Below are positions 49,395 through 61,585 of a DNA stretch of 64,000 nt, piece by piece; position 1 is the first letter of the stretch; the number at the start of each line of letters is the position of its first letter. Below the pieces are notes generated by a model, which did not search any database, had not been told where the DNA came from, and saw only the letters and a list, made by a program, of their open reading frames with translations. The DNA comes from Phoronis australis (taxonomy: Eukaryota; Animalia; Phoronida). The DNA is taken from contig NMRA01000537.1 in NCBI GenBank assembly GCA_002633005.1, positions 62,001 to 126,000 of the forward strand, written 5' to 3'. The translations under genes and the position numbers were made by a program.

Positions 49395-50105
49395 TAGGCA
49401 ATTACATCGCCCTGAATGCCTGTGGCATTCAGGGGCGATAGTACATCCCCATAAAAAGTTTCTCGTTTCAAAATACAACAAATAACATCAAATAAACAGG
49501 CATATATGCATATTAGCACTTACCATGAGTCTGAATACAATTTAGTTAACACAACTTGAACATATCAATGAAAATCTGTCGCGATTCGCTCAAGTTTCTC
49601 TCATCAGGAGCCATTTTTATGAAGTCATGTGAAATCATGCCTGTTGACAAACAAAAAGTCCAAGGGACACAGATTTTACCTGACATCTTCATATGCTATT
49701 TTGCAAGTGTCACACGCCAGGGCATGCCCTTCGCGCACTCTCGTGCTAGCCTTTGCCTAACTCACATGACTCAATTGAAATACTTTGTGGTTATCGTGTG
49801 CGCAGTGAAAAAGTTAACGGTGACCCAAAAAGTGGAGTTGGAATTCTTTGCCAAAGTTACCTTAATTGTCGTAGCTATACTTCATCGAAGATATGTATAG
49901 AAGAAGCAATGAACACTGAAGAAAGTAAGCACTTTTTAAGTGACAGTTTTAAGTATGGAATGTACTTTTGACATGGTGAAAACTCTCAATAGGTGACCGG
50001 ATTTGCATACCGCCCGTTTGAAAGACACGGGAAGAAATTCATACAGAAAGGGATGGGAAGTATTGTAGCTCCTAACCAGCCAACCGAGGGGTTACATGTT
50101 GCCTA
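49395..50105. mobile_element. Second copy of the TAGGCAA-terminal element
   Basis: Colinear similarity with 3200-3318 plus 4233-4787. Confidence 0.8.
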
Positions 50106-50118
50106 CCTCACCCTACGT

Positions 50119-52269
50119 TAGGGTGAGCAAACCAATATGGCGGAAATTCAGCAAGTGCGAAATTTTGCCATTTTTCATGATTTTCACAAGGTCATATCAG
50201 TTAGGGTACTAAAGGACATAAAATGAAAAGTATGCCAGCAAAATATTCCCCTTTCTAATATCCATTTACACAAATTGGGGCGATGATGAATATTTTTAAA
50301 AATTAAAGTAATGCAAGCACTTCGTAAATTTTTCGCTCACCACTAAATTTTTGTGACTTTAAGTGGGGGTCAGACTTTTTGCTGCTGGATGGCCGTTTCT
50401 GAACCGATTGCCATGATTTTGATATCAAATGATTTGTGAGAAATTTCTGCATTCAACCCTGAGTGTACACTTTTCATTTTTTTCATGAAAATATTAGAAA
50501 ATTTAATTTTTACACTTTACCACCTCCTAACTTTCCAACCTGAATTTTTTTTAAAAGTGTACACTCAATGTCATCATCATCTATCTTATCCTAACCCATT
50601 TCAATTAAACTTTAATCAGTTGATAAAGAATGGTCCATCCAGGAACACATCCAAAAAGGCAGGTGCAGTCAAATTTAAAGATCCATGTTGACCTCTTCAG
50701 ACTTCAAGCTTATCTGGAACGTGATTGGTCAAGTGTAACTTGAGCACCTAGTCAACAATTTCCATGAAATACAAGAAACAGAAGTTGGGGTAAATAGAAC
50801 ATAATTTTCTGAAAAAAATTAAATTAACGGTCAAAATTTAGGATTGGACTAAGTTTTTAACATTTTATGACAATCAGGCCTTTATCCAGGATTTCGAAAA
50901 TAGGGTGTCCAAAATGGGGTTCCCAATATTCCAGGGCGTCCATGATTCTGACGCGTAACCCCCCCACCCCCAGCAATCCCCCAAACACAGATTTTTTTCC
51001 CAAAAATTGCAGAGACCAAGGTTTTTACAATGTTATCAACCAAGTGTGAGCATAGCAACATTGTATACACTTTGTATATACATTGTATATTTCTTCCTGC
51101 TTTGAAAAAAGAGCCACCACTGTGAGTCTCTATAGGCTTCCTAGTAATCATTACAATGTGTGTGTCCAAACTTGAGAGGTTCCTATTGTTAGTGGGCATC
51201 CAAATGATACATTGGGTGTCCTTGCCAGGGCATCTATATAAGTGCTAGGGTGTCCATTTAAACGCCCAGGACGTACCTTGCATAAAGACCTGATGACAAT
51301 ATGTTCATTGTTAACACTTTCTAACCTCGTGGTGGCGCTGCAAATAGTTCAGTTTTATTTAAAATTAGATTTTCCTTTAAATCACAGCGAAGTCAAGGTG
51401 TCATTGCGTTAAATTTCTAAAAGAAGGTGATCCCTTTGGATGTTCCTAAACTACAGAAAGTTTCCATCAGGATATTTTTCATGCTGTATAAAATCGATAT
51501 GAAATTACATAAAATTTTAGGGTTCTGTTGAAATTTGTTAAACTAAAAATTTGTACTTCCATTATTTGTGATATAATACATAGTTTATGATTACATAAGC
51601 ATGGATAGGATACAGGAAAAAGAATATTTCAAATATAATAATCGGTGTTCTAATAAATGATGAAAATCTTTGAAATGTCTTATTTCCACGTTTTGGCACT
51701 TTTTGCACATGTATTTGCAAACAAAATTCATTTTTTTAGCAATTTCGTTGAAAAAGTATTAAAACCTAAATGAATTTTCTGCTAACCATTAGCAATTCCT
51801 GGTATGGTCTGATGTTTTCAAAGGCATCATTATTTCAGATTTCAAATTATTCTTCATCAAGTTTTGTTCTTGGTACAAAGGTACTCTGTCACAAGCCAAA
51901 AAAGTCGACACTGAATTTCGAAATTTGGATTATTCCCTCATTTGCTAAATAAAACATTTCATGATGTGGTTTTTATTTTATGTTGTTAACCTGTATGGAA
52001 AGTATTTGTCATCTTTTTTTAGAGCAGAAGTGGGCCAAAGTTTTTCAATTACAGATCTTTAAACATGCCAACAAATTTGCCTTGAAATTTTCAAGGGTTC
52101 GTTTGCTGAAAAAGGCTTATTTTTGGGGGTCTAAATTTTAAATAACTCCAGAACCGCCCAATGGATTTAAAAAATTAAAAAAGTAATGCAAATGGCAGGT
52201 CAAGATCTATCATTTGAAACCATGTTCATGTGTTTCAGATAAAATTTGCATTTTGGTTTGCTCGCCCTA
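50119..52269. mobile_element. About 2.15-kb non-autonomous TIR element
   Basis: TAGGGTGAGCAAACCAA ... TTGGTTTGCTCGCCCTA; flanks share CTACGT (partial TSD). Confidence 0.6.
50875..51292. mobile_element. hAT-type MITE nested in the 50119-52269 element
   Basis: CAGGCCTTTATCCAGG ... CCTTGCATAAAGACCTG; perfect 8-bp TSD ATGACAAT. Confidence 0.85.
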
Positions 52270-53899
52270 CGACTACGTGTTGCCTCAGTTAGCCTGCTTG
52301 GGCTGCAACACAAGTGAAACAGGAGCTGTCTCAGCCTGACAACGCCAGGGAATTGGGCAAGTACATAGTGTTTTGGAGTTACTCATGATTCGACTCACAG
52401 GCCTACTTGCCAAGTTTGCCATCGCGTTTTCTTGTTCTTGTGCCAAAGACGTTAACTCTCTGATGGTCTCTGCATGCGTCTTAGCTTTCTCAACATCAAT
52501 AGGCGCTCATAAATGTTGTTTCAAACGTTGAAGAGTTGCCTTTGGGGTGACACCTACCGGTGGAAATTATCACGAATTCCTGGCTGTTTTGCCGCCGCAG
52601 CTGCGGAATGGTATACAGAAAGTTAGACAGATAGATAGATAGAAACCTGGTTGAAGGCACGACTGTACTTTTTGTTCGACAGCTTAATACATATTCGCTC
52701 GTAGTGTCTGTACAGTCTCCTATCTTCAGGACTACAGTTGTGAAACAAAACACGAAATAACTGGGAAAGAAATGTAGAATACCACCATTTTTCGCTATCA
52801 GAGAACTGACACGCGATTTCGGTTTACAAGATTTTGGAATCTCTACTGATCAGTCACGCAAAAAGGTGTGCTGAATGAGCAGCTCACTGGTGTGTACCGC
52901 ACACTGAGCCTGTTTCGTTAGGCTTGTTGGGGCTCCCTACGACCGTGTACACATTCGCACTCCTCGGATGCCCCGACCTGCTGTCACCTTGATTTCACTG
53001 TTTATTCGCTTCCACATTCATTTCGGCACCAGCTGCCTGATGAAGAGACGTGTGCTCTCGAATTATAGCAGCTATTTTTACTTTTTTGTCCATCATGTCT
53101 CTTGGTGTTTTGCTTCATGCCCGAAGATAAAGGAGATAGAGGACTACGAGCGAGTAAGAAGTCTCGAAGAGTCGACATGCCTTCAAATAAGTCTGCGTCA
53201 ATGAATGAAGAGCTGCTACCGATAGGTAGATAAATAATAGCTTATTAACTGAAACTTCGGCTCAATGGTTTAAAAAAGACATGATCAGCTCGTGTGCTGT
53301 TTACCAAAATGTTAAACTCAGTAATAAAGTCGAACATTTACTAAACGTCGCCGAGGATTAACGGCTTAACAAAAGACAATTAACATTAGCACAAGTGCTA
53401 TTTACCGAAATTTCACACTAAAAAACAGTCCACCACTAGTAAAACTGTTTACCCTACACGTACAGAATTAATGCTCATATTTATAAGAATGACAGAAAAC
53501 TAAGAACAATCTACAGAAGTAATAACAAAAACAATATGGCCGACAGGAACACACATCACACGAGTTACATTCAAAGCGCGGCGCGGGGCGACACAACTTC
53601 CGAGATAGATCCGATATTATTTCAGTGACAATTAATTCCACAGTTTACATTGTAAACATATAATGTAACCCAGCAAAGTGGATGCGTGATCTAGAATTCT
53701 TTGCCTTCCCGGCGACATTAATGAGAGACACGAGAATGTGCCTGATTTCAAAAATTAGATAACGTACTTTCTTATTTCTATAATAACGTCGAATAAAAGT
53801 CATTTATACCACAATATTAGCGTCAAATGGCAGATACAACCGTGTAATAACCCATAAAGTTATCTCACTATATATATATAGTGAGATAAGGATTTGGCG

Positions 53900-53975
53900 G
53901 AAAACCGAGGACGGAGTCGAACCCGGTACCCTAGATTTGCTGGTCGCCGACTTTACCACTAACACTATGCAGCGA
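53900..53975 (-). mobile_element. tRNA-derived SINE head or tRNA pseudogene
   Basis: Minus strand TAGTGTTAGTGGTAAAG ... GGTTCGACTCC; shares GACC-GCAA-TCTAG with 18410-18485. Confidence 0.5.
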
Positions 53976-55564
53976 CTGACGTCATCAAGAGTGAAATAAA
54001 ATACGTAATAATAATCCGTGACATACATGTAGAGTGTATCACCCATTTATGGCTTTTTGTCTGGTCTGAAGTGCGTTGCACTCTTAAAATAGGAAACTGG
54101 TTGCTTTCAGTCTCGTCGGAATATGTGAATGAATGAGCTTGTGAAAAACTTACGTTCATTGCACTGTAGCTATGATATGAATAAAAGAATGAAAAGAAAA
54201 AACAAGAATTTGCTGTTTTAATATGGGTGGGCCGTCTATATTCGTCTTTTTATCCGTTTTATTCATAAAATGTTCTTAGTCGGCGGCACGTATCTGTTTG
54301 CAAATTGTATAATGAACACGCGGTTTACTCCGTGGATGGGCGGACACAGGTTATCGCTGACTGGTGTATTGTAGCTTTCGGTGCGACGATAGACTGAAGA
54401 CTGGTTCGAGTTAATCACTTTATTAATTTCGGCCGTACGTACTCAAGTCTACTCAAACAAAACGTACTACGTAATGTCTGTTCTATGCTGTAGCTAGTGC
54501 TGCAAAACCTTGACAAGAAGCGGATCCAGGATTTTGAGTTGGGGGGCGTAAACAAAAGTCATCGACAGTAGAAAGATGCAATCACAATTTCTAGGCTTCA
54601 CATTTCCTGAACATAAATTTTAAGCACTCCGATTTGTTTGTACAACAGACCACATTAACACTTCATCAGTCATGCCAGTTTGTTTGCGTAAGCGCTGCCT
54701 GTTGAGAATTCGACTAGCCAATCAGAAACGCCGGTGTAAAAAATTTCATGAGGAAAATTAAGTGATACCTGCGTGCTGAACGTTACTGAACGTTAGGCTG
54801 GTTTTATCGGTCAAAATTGACGCCCATGACATGATGCATTAGCAGATTAAATAACGAGGGTTGGGTTAAATCATCAAAACGGGGTTTACGTTCCTTAAAA
54901 CAATGAACCAGTCAATCGCAAGCATTGCTTTGCTTATCTCATTTATAACATTAATACCATTATGCGGGTATATGAGGGTATTATCGTCACCATAAAGTTA
55001 TTAAGTTTGCAATGGCGTATGAAGAGAAAGAAAAGAGGTGAGACTATGGTATTAATTACAGCCATAGATACGAAGATACGCCGTCAACAATTGTATAGTT
55101 AAATGGTATAGTTTTTATTATGCCGGTTTTTCGTACGCCTGAGCAAACAAACGTTAATCATCTTAGTGCCTCACAGACTTCCGACATTTCATTATTAACG
55201 CCCTTGTCTCTACGAGAGCTGTAGTTCATTTCTCGTCAACTGCCCTTCAATTCTTGCGATTCGATTCTTTTTCGTCGACGGCATTATTGATCACGTAAAA
55301 GGTGAGCTTTTCTTTTGAACATTGGTTGGGGGTCTTTGATTTTGGGTTGATTTACTCCATCGTTAAAGATAACTTTTGCTAGTATCATCTGCTCCAACAG
55401 GAAAGGGTTAATTAGAAAAGAAAGTGAATGAAGAAGAAGGGAATTCGTGGGAAAAGGACGCTGTAAATGAGAACGCTCGTGCGAAACGTTAAGTATGTCA
55501 AAGTTCTTTTTTCAATATACTACTCTTTGTCAAGATTTGTCGATGAGTAAATTCCTTGAATCTA

Positions 55565-55712
55565 AAAATCGGAATATTCGCTCCTTCCGTTCCATCCCTG
55601 AAATGAAAGAAACATATCTGCAAAGTTTCACGAACATGCACCAATGACTGGAGATACAGCAGCAGGCGCCGGACGGACGGACGGACAGGGATAAATATGT
55701 GGGGCACCTAAA
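55565..55712. mobile_element. Second (GGAC)n Helentron/DINE-like repeat
   Basis: GGCGCCGGACGGACGGACGGAC ... ATAAATATGTGGGGCACCTAAAA, similar to 450-635. Confidence 0.55.
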
Positions 55713-57164
55713 ATCAGCATATTTTAAAACATTAGAAGTATATACCTTCAGAAAGTACAAAACCTGCAGAAATTAATTTCTGAATTTATATCAGTCTTCC
55801 TTGAACCAGGCCAGGGGACTATGCGCTTTGGTAAAATTCGACGAAAAAGAAAGGTAAACGTATACAACTATGTCATGACCAAATTTTGCTTGACATGAAT
55901 GACCAAGATGAAATCTCAAAACTTCTGTTAAATTTCTAAGTTGTAATTTGATTTTTGCGTTATTCAAGTACTAATGTTTTCATACGAATCAACTTTTGAT
56001 CGACCCTCACATAAAAGTGATACATTCTAAAAACAGTTCGTAGCACCAATAGGAGAACCAATTGTAAAGCACAGTAGGCCTGTCTCACAGTGTCACTTAA
56101 CCCTGTTTAGAATGAGGAGTTGAAGGTCGGAGAAAGAACGTCTTTTCATAATAACTGGTCTAAATTTGAATTCTATTGATGAAATACTTGCAGTCCAAAG
56201 AATTAATGTTTTAAAACAAATAACACGGATGTACATATGCAAAAAATCTAAATGTTTTGTATTTGAAGTTGCATTTCTCCCAATCAAAAATCGAATCAGA
56301 TCTCTTAATCCCATGAATTTGATCTCGCAGTATTCGTTAGCATGATAGGGATTTAATTCCCTTAGCAGCAAGAACATTGAAATGTGAGAGGGAGCATAAA
56401 TGCTTTTCTGACCACCCTTTAAATTTGAATTCGAAAATGCATTGTCTATGACTTGAGTGACCTCATTCGGCAACAAGTCAAGAGCGGATGAACGTGGTAA
56501 TGCTTTTAATCACCAAAAGCGCTTTCATGGTTATTATTAAGTATTCGACGTTGACAGCTGAACAGGGCGAAATGCAGCTACTAATGTGAGAACTTTCACT
56601 ATTAGCAAGCAGTATAAGACATCCTTACAAGAAGCAAACATTTCGTACACAATTCACAAAATGGCAAAAAATACGCTTAGCAGATTAATTAAACGAACTT
56701 GACATAACAACGTTTGGTCATTACCCACATTTCCCCGTTTATACCCACAAGTTTTATCACAAGGTGTCGCTGCTCAACGGTCCACAACTCAAATCGCTGA
56801 GTGACAAGAAATGTTACAAAACTGGAAAACACCCACTGAGTTTACCACTTTGCAAACACTTCCGAACATCATAGTGTTCTACTTTTTCTAACTAAATAAA
56901 ACCTCATTCACACAATTGTACCGACTTTACCCTCGTCATCAACACACCCTTTAAACAAGATTTCCTCAGCACAACTGATTTTATCTGCATTCTTTCAGCC
57001 ACTGCTTCTATTGTGCGCCATGCTGGAAACTAACATTCAATGAAAATCTCAAGGCTTAGGCTTTTGTGAACAAAATCTCTTTTTGAAATTCAAAAGCTCA
57101 CACAGTCTAATTTTTATTCAGGTTTTCTTTTTTCCATAGGTGATCGTGTTCTAAAAAGGAAATG

Positions 57165-57274
57165 GGCAATATTCTGACGTAACGTGCCCGTGTTTTGAGA
57201 ACCACGTTGATGCCCGTTACTCAGTGGAAAAAAATGGTTCTCAAAATTCGGGCACATTATATCAGACCATTACC
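57165..57274. mobile_element. Second copy of the Merlin-like hairpin MITE, downstream of the DUF229 gene
   Basis: Same sequence family; 8-bp TSD AGGAAATG/AGAAAATG (7 of 8). Confidence 0.7.
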
Positions 57275-57641
57275 AGAAAATGGACTGACAGAGCCTGGAT
57301 GCTTTCAAGCTTTCTATTTAGATATAATCTGGTAGAAAACAGTAATTACCCTCACTCTGTGACTTAATGAATAGTCATTCTATTTATGACTAGCCCGTTA
57401 GTGAGAATGGAAAGTGGACGGAACCAGTTGGTTCGACCAGTAGTGACATTGGAGAAATTCAAAAGATTTCTTCAAATCTTTCCTTGTCTCCTCTGCAGGA
57501 GATGTTAACAGAATGCTGACATTCTAAATATTAATCAAGGTTTGAAAATTTCAAAAAACATGTCAGGTCATGATCAATTTGGAGGAGAGGGTGCCTTTAG
57601 AGCGTTCTACAATTGAAAAAATTGACGTCATGAAGAATTCG

Positions 57642-59564
57642 TCACCGTTGATCAGTTGGCATCATGTCTTTGCAAAAACAAAACTTTCTATCGTCGGGAG
57701 CATCATCTTTGACACAGTGTGCAGTGTTTCCGTATTTATTAAGACGGCTAATGTCGGCTCTGTCCACGTAGAAAATGTTATTGTCCAGGTTTTGTTTCAC
57801 TGTTGCCTCGTAAAGACCGTCATTTGGGCTGGTTAAAATAGTTAATTGCAACAGCCGTAGTGTGGCGCGAGTGGTGTCACTCAGTTCAGGCGCAAAGCCG
57901 TCTGCATCGTAAGTTTTTTTAAACGCCAACATGTTCTTTGTGTGCTGAAAAACAACAGCCGCGCGAATTTCGCTAAGATCCAATTTTGAGCAGATGTTTC
58001 GCTTATAGTCTGTTACTTTGTTAATTTGATCAACCACAGCCTTCGCAGCCTTTAAAACGTCGGAGTTGTTTACTGCTATCGACGAGAACTGCAAACAATT
58101 GCACCAATGAGCTTCAATGCTAGCATCCGGGCATGTTCTCTCCACCGGAATTTCTCGGAACAGGCTGATACTCCTATCTGACAAATTACCAACCGTGGGT
58201 TCGCCGAAATTTAGGATGTCCAATAAAGTTGGATGTATGTCAAAAGGCGTCGTCAGGCGCTCGGAGTTCTTTACCAAATTATTGTACGCTTTTGCATGCT
58301 TGATTTTGAACCAGTCAGGAAGAACAAATGAAAAGAAAGGGTTCCTCTCCTCTTGCTTACCACGAACCGTTGATCGGAATCCACTATATCTCAATCCGTG
58401 ATCAGACATTACTATTAACATAGTCTTATTAAGTAGACCCGAGTCTTTATAGAACTGTAGGGTCTGTTGTAGGTAGTCGTCTCCGTATTGTAGAGGATTG
58501 TTGCCATCGTGACTTAACTCGTTGTGGAAGACGAAACCAAATTTCGGTCGATTTGGATATGCGTTCACAAAGTCCTTGATCCAGTCAAGCACGACACGTA
58601 ACCGCGAACGATCGCCGATACACAGTGAAGATGTGCTCATAATGTTGTGAAATATTCTCATATAATGATGTGTTGGTTGTTCCTTAAATCCTGTCATGCG
58701 ATAAGTGAATGTACCAATCTGTGGACTGTCTTCCGACCACGCTGTAGCGTACCCGTGATCCGAGAAATTTTTCCATGCGAAAGGGAAAACGTCGGCGTGC
58801 AATTTGCTGTTGAGTCTTTTTAAGATTCGCGGAAGTTCCAGCTCAGTTTTCCCCGTGAGTATGGGAATCAGTGCCTGTGGAGTTCCATCGCCGACAATAT
58901 TATACCCTTTAAGGACAACAGCTTGCAAGTGATTAACAAGATAGTTGTAAGTTTTAGGCATCATCCTCATCATCGACATCCGGGACACGGAGTCGAACCC
59001 GATGATCAGGACATTCAATCCTAACCCACTGGCCGTGGCCGGTTTGACTTTTTCGACAAGTTCCGGTATTGGGTGAATTCCTGCGTGCCCATTGCTATAC
59101 GTCTGACCGGAAGTGCTCTTACAGTTTACACGGAAGAAGTCTGCAGGAACATCAGTATTATTTTTTATGGTTTGGGTCGGTCCCTCGGTCGTGGTCACGT
59201 CATTGTGTCTTTCAAAAACTTTATACTGGCAGGAAATCTGACCAAATTGTTTAGCAGCATCTGGCGAAATAATGAATTTTCCATTAACGATATCAATCCA
59301 ATTTTTCGTTTTACTACAAACGAGTGGTGGAAGTTGCTTCACAAACGGCTTGATCATTGGTGTCCAAGGCTCCATGTCTGGGTAGTGACAACCTTGCATT
59401 CCAACAGGAACACCTGATAATGAGGTTACCACGGGAACCTGGCTGTGAACGGGAACTTCCTGCTGCCAATGTGATTTGATAATGATAACCAATACACCAA
59501 GGGCTGCACAGTTCAGCAGCATTCGGTAGCTTGGCCGCCTCCAAAACAATCTTTTCAGGAACGA
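57642..59564 (-). CDS. DUF229-family protein (alkaline phosphatase/sulfatase superfamily, type II membrane protein)
   Basis: About 640-aa open frame; basic stretch then N-terminal hydrophobic anchor; motifs NVLIIGFDSVSR, GYNIVGDGTPQAL, ELSHD, IVMSDHG, EERNP, RLTTPFDIHPTL, RTC-DASI-AHWC-C, SRLNKYG and C-terminal FCFC. The ORF-track TTG start overlaps an acceptor (ttgcAG at 59566-65), so the start is an upstream exon or the ATG of MLLNC. Confidence 0.88.
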   Translation of the reverse strand, partial: SFLKRLFWRRPSYRMLLNCAALGVLVIIIKSHWQQEVPVHSQVPVVTSLSGVPVGMQGCHYPDMEPWTPMIKPFVKQLPPLVCSKTKNWIDIVNGKFIISPDAAKQFGQISCQYKVFERHNDVTTTEGPTQTIKNNTDVPADFFRVNCKSTSGQTYSNGHAGIHPIPELVEKVKPATASGLGLNVLIIGFDSVSRMSMMRMMPKTYNYLVNHLQAVVLKGYNIVGDGTPQALIPILTGKTELELPRILKRLNSKLHADVFPFAWKNFSDHGYATAWSEDSPQIGTFTYRMTGFKEQPTHHYMRIFHNIMSTSSLCIGDRSRLRVVLDWIKDFVNAYPNRPKFGFVFHNELSHDGNNPLQYGDDYLQQTLQFYKDSGLLNKTMLIVMSDHGLRYSGFRSTVRGKQEERNPFFSFVLPDWFKIKHAKAYNNLVKNSERLTTPFDIHPTLLDILNFGEPTVGNLSDRSISLFREIPVERTCPDASIEAHWCNCLQFSSIAVNNSDVLKAAKAVVDQINKVTDYKRNICSKLDLSEIRAAVVFQHTKNMLAFKKTYDADGFAPELSDTTRATLRLLQLTILTSPNDGLYEATVKQNLDNNIFYVDRADISRLNKYGNTAHCVKDDAPDDRKFCFCKDMMPTDQR

Positions 59565-60099
59565 CTGCAAATGAAATTATAAATATTTAACTCAAAAGAT
59601 TGTGCAATACATATCCGACTTTTGTAAAGCAATTGCGGATCTCTAACAACATTTCGAGGTTTACTTTCCTTATTTCAAAACTTTACAACGAGAAATCTAC
59701 TAAGCTTTAATTAAAAGCAGTCTTCGAAACATTGGGAAAGAGAGCATTTATTTCTTATTTGTAAATGAAAGTATGGCATGAAATTGACTAAACGCTGCAT
59801 AATGTCTATATTTATTAACAAAAAATAAGCCTTCTCTTACGCTGACGGAACAAATTATCAATTATGCACGATGTGATAGGCCTGGAAGGCGAAAACCAGA
59901 CTAAATTGCATTATTCAAAGTTTTTCTCTGCCACTGAAACAGAATTCATCCTGCTTACCAGGTGTTTTTACGGTTTGTTCGTAAAAATTTGAATTTCTGT
60001 TGATGCCAAAACATTTTCCTTTTAATCTCAAGTTTCAAAAAACTGACAACTGAAAGATCTCACACTGACGACCACAGATTAAGTTTGAAAAAAGCCAAG

Positions 60100-61075
60100 T
60101 GTAGGGACATGCTTCGGCGACAAAACACCCACGATGGTCAAGCTTTATTCAGAGAATGGATGGCTACAGGTACGACATACAGAAAATTACAAAACACGCA
60201 AAAATACCAGAAACAGGATTGGCTGCTGTAGACACAAAAATTTGAAACTCACCATTGGGGCTGAGCCAACAAACAACTTCCGTTTTGTAATGCCGACTCA
60301 GTTGGGACGTCAGAGTACCGCAAAGGTACTTTTACTACGTTATACACTAAGTAAGTCATTTTCCTACAAGATTGGTTTGATAAGAACGTTTGTTGACAGT
60401 TGTTTTAAGATTAATAGCACGTGACCTTTATTACATGGTAGCTTTGAGAGACTATAAAAGGATCTATATAGGAATGTATTTCCTCGCCAATTAAATGAAT
60501 GCGTACCAAGGGATTGCTTTCATACAAAGCCCTAGTAGCAACACTCGTTATTTCAGTGTGCATTATGCGGGTTTTTACTTCAAGATTGCACAGCGTAAAA
60601 TGAAACTGTTGTCATTGAGGTTTTGCAAAACCATCAGCTTGTGCAGAAGACTAGTTCCGAGATCTCAATTTTGCTTGGTGTTAAAGATAAGATTCCTTTC
60701 ACTTTAAAATCCAATGTAGTGTATAAATTTGATTGTAGTTGTTGTCAAGCAGCTTACATTGGTGAGACAACTCGCCACTTGACTACAGGGATGCTGGAAC
60801 ATAATTTAAATATGTTTAGACACTTGGGAAACTACATGAAGCTATTCACATTCATTGTTCGGAAGCGCTCTCACTCAGTGCACAGGTTAATTCCCATGAA
60901 TCTTTGGCGTTGTTACACTGTGTTGTGATTCGCTTATTGCTAGTCAATCCCGTTTCTGGTATTTTTGCGTGTTCCGGATTTTTCTGTGTGTCGTACCTGT
61001 AGCTATCCTAACATCCGTTCTCTGAAGGGGGTTTGAAAATGGTGTTATTTTTAACGCCGAAACATGTCGATACAT
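60100..61075 (+). mobile_element. Penelope-like retroelement remnant (RT thumb and GIY-YIG fragments) flanked by inverted terminal repeats
   Basis: FSYKIGLIRTFVDSCFKINS and KDKIPFTLKSNVVYKFDCSCCQAAYIGETTRHL...EH; about 60104-60225 is inverted-similar to about 60943-61073. Confidence 0.8.
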
Positions 61076-61325
61076 GTTAGAAAAGATCTGTCAACTGCTC
61101 GCCACTTTGTCGGTTTTTCTGCCACCAAGCGAAACACGTCTCCTTTTTGGTATGGCATAACATAGACGTAGCAAATTTCCCTGATACATTGTATGGAAAA
61201 TGTGCCCTTTATACTTCGATGTAAACAAAACAATAGCGACTTCAAGCAGAAACCAGTCCGATTAAGAGGCAATTGATGTAAGTCCTAGATGTTTAAAATT
61301 AGTTGTAAAGGTTTCGTAGTATTCA

Positions 61326-61585
61326 CATGCTCGAACCAAGGGGGGGGGGACTCGGGGGGCTCAAACGACCCCTACCCCCCAATTGGCGAAGTGGGCAAAA
61401 AGGTCCGCCTCCGAAAGACAAAAAGTCCGAGAAAATGAGGCATAAGTCCATAAAACATGCGCAAACGCGCAATTCACAGTGGTGCTCCCGGTTTTTTTGT
61501 CCGCCCACTGTTTTTGTTACCAAAAGGTTCACGAAGTCAGGAATTCGAGTCCCCCCCCCCATATTGAAGGCTAGGTGCGCGCATG
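61326..61585. mobile_element. MITE with CATGC...GCATG ends and poly-G/poly-C subtermini
   Basis: Perfect 5-bp TSD ATTCA at 61321-25 and 61586-90. Confidence 0.6.

Noticed and set aside
52285-53200. Minus-strand open stretch (VEKAKTHAETIRELTSLAQEQE...) and TGGTGCCGAAA resembling an LTR-element gag and primer-binding site
   Set aside because: No LTR pair, zinc knuckle or pol motifs; similarity too weak.
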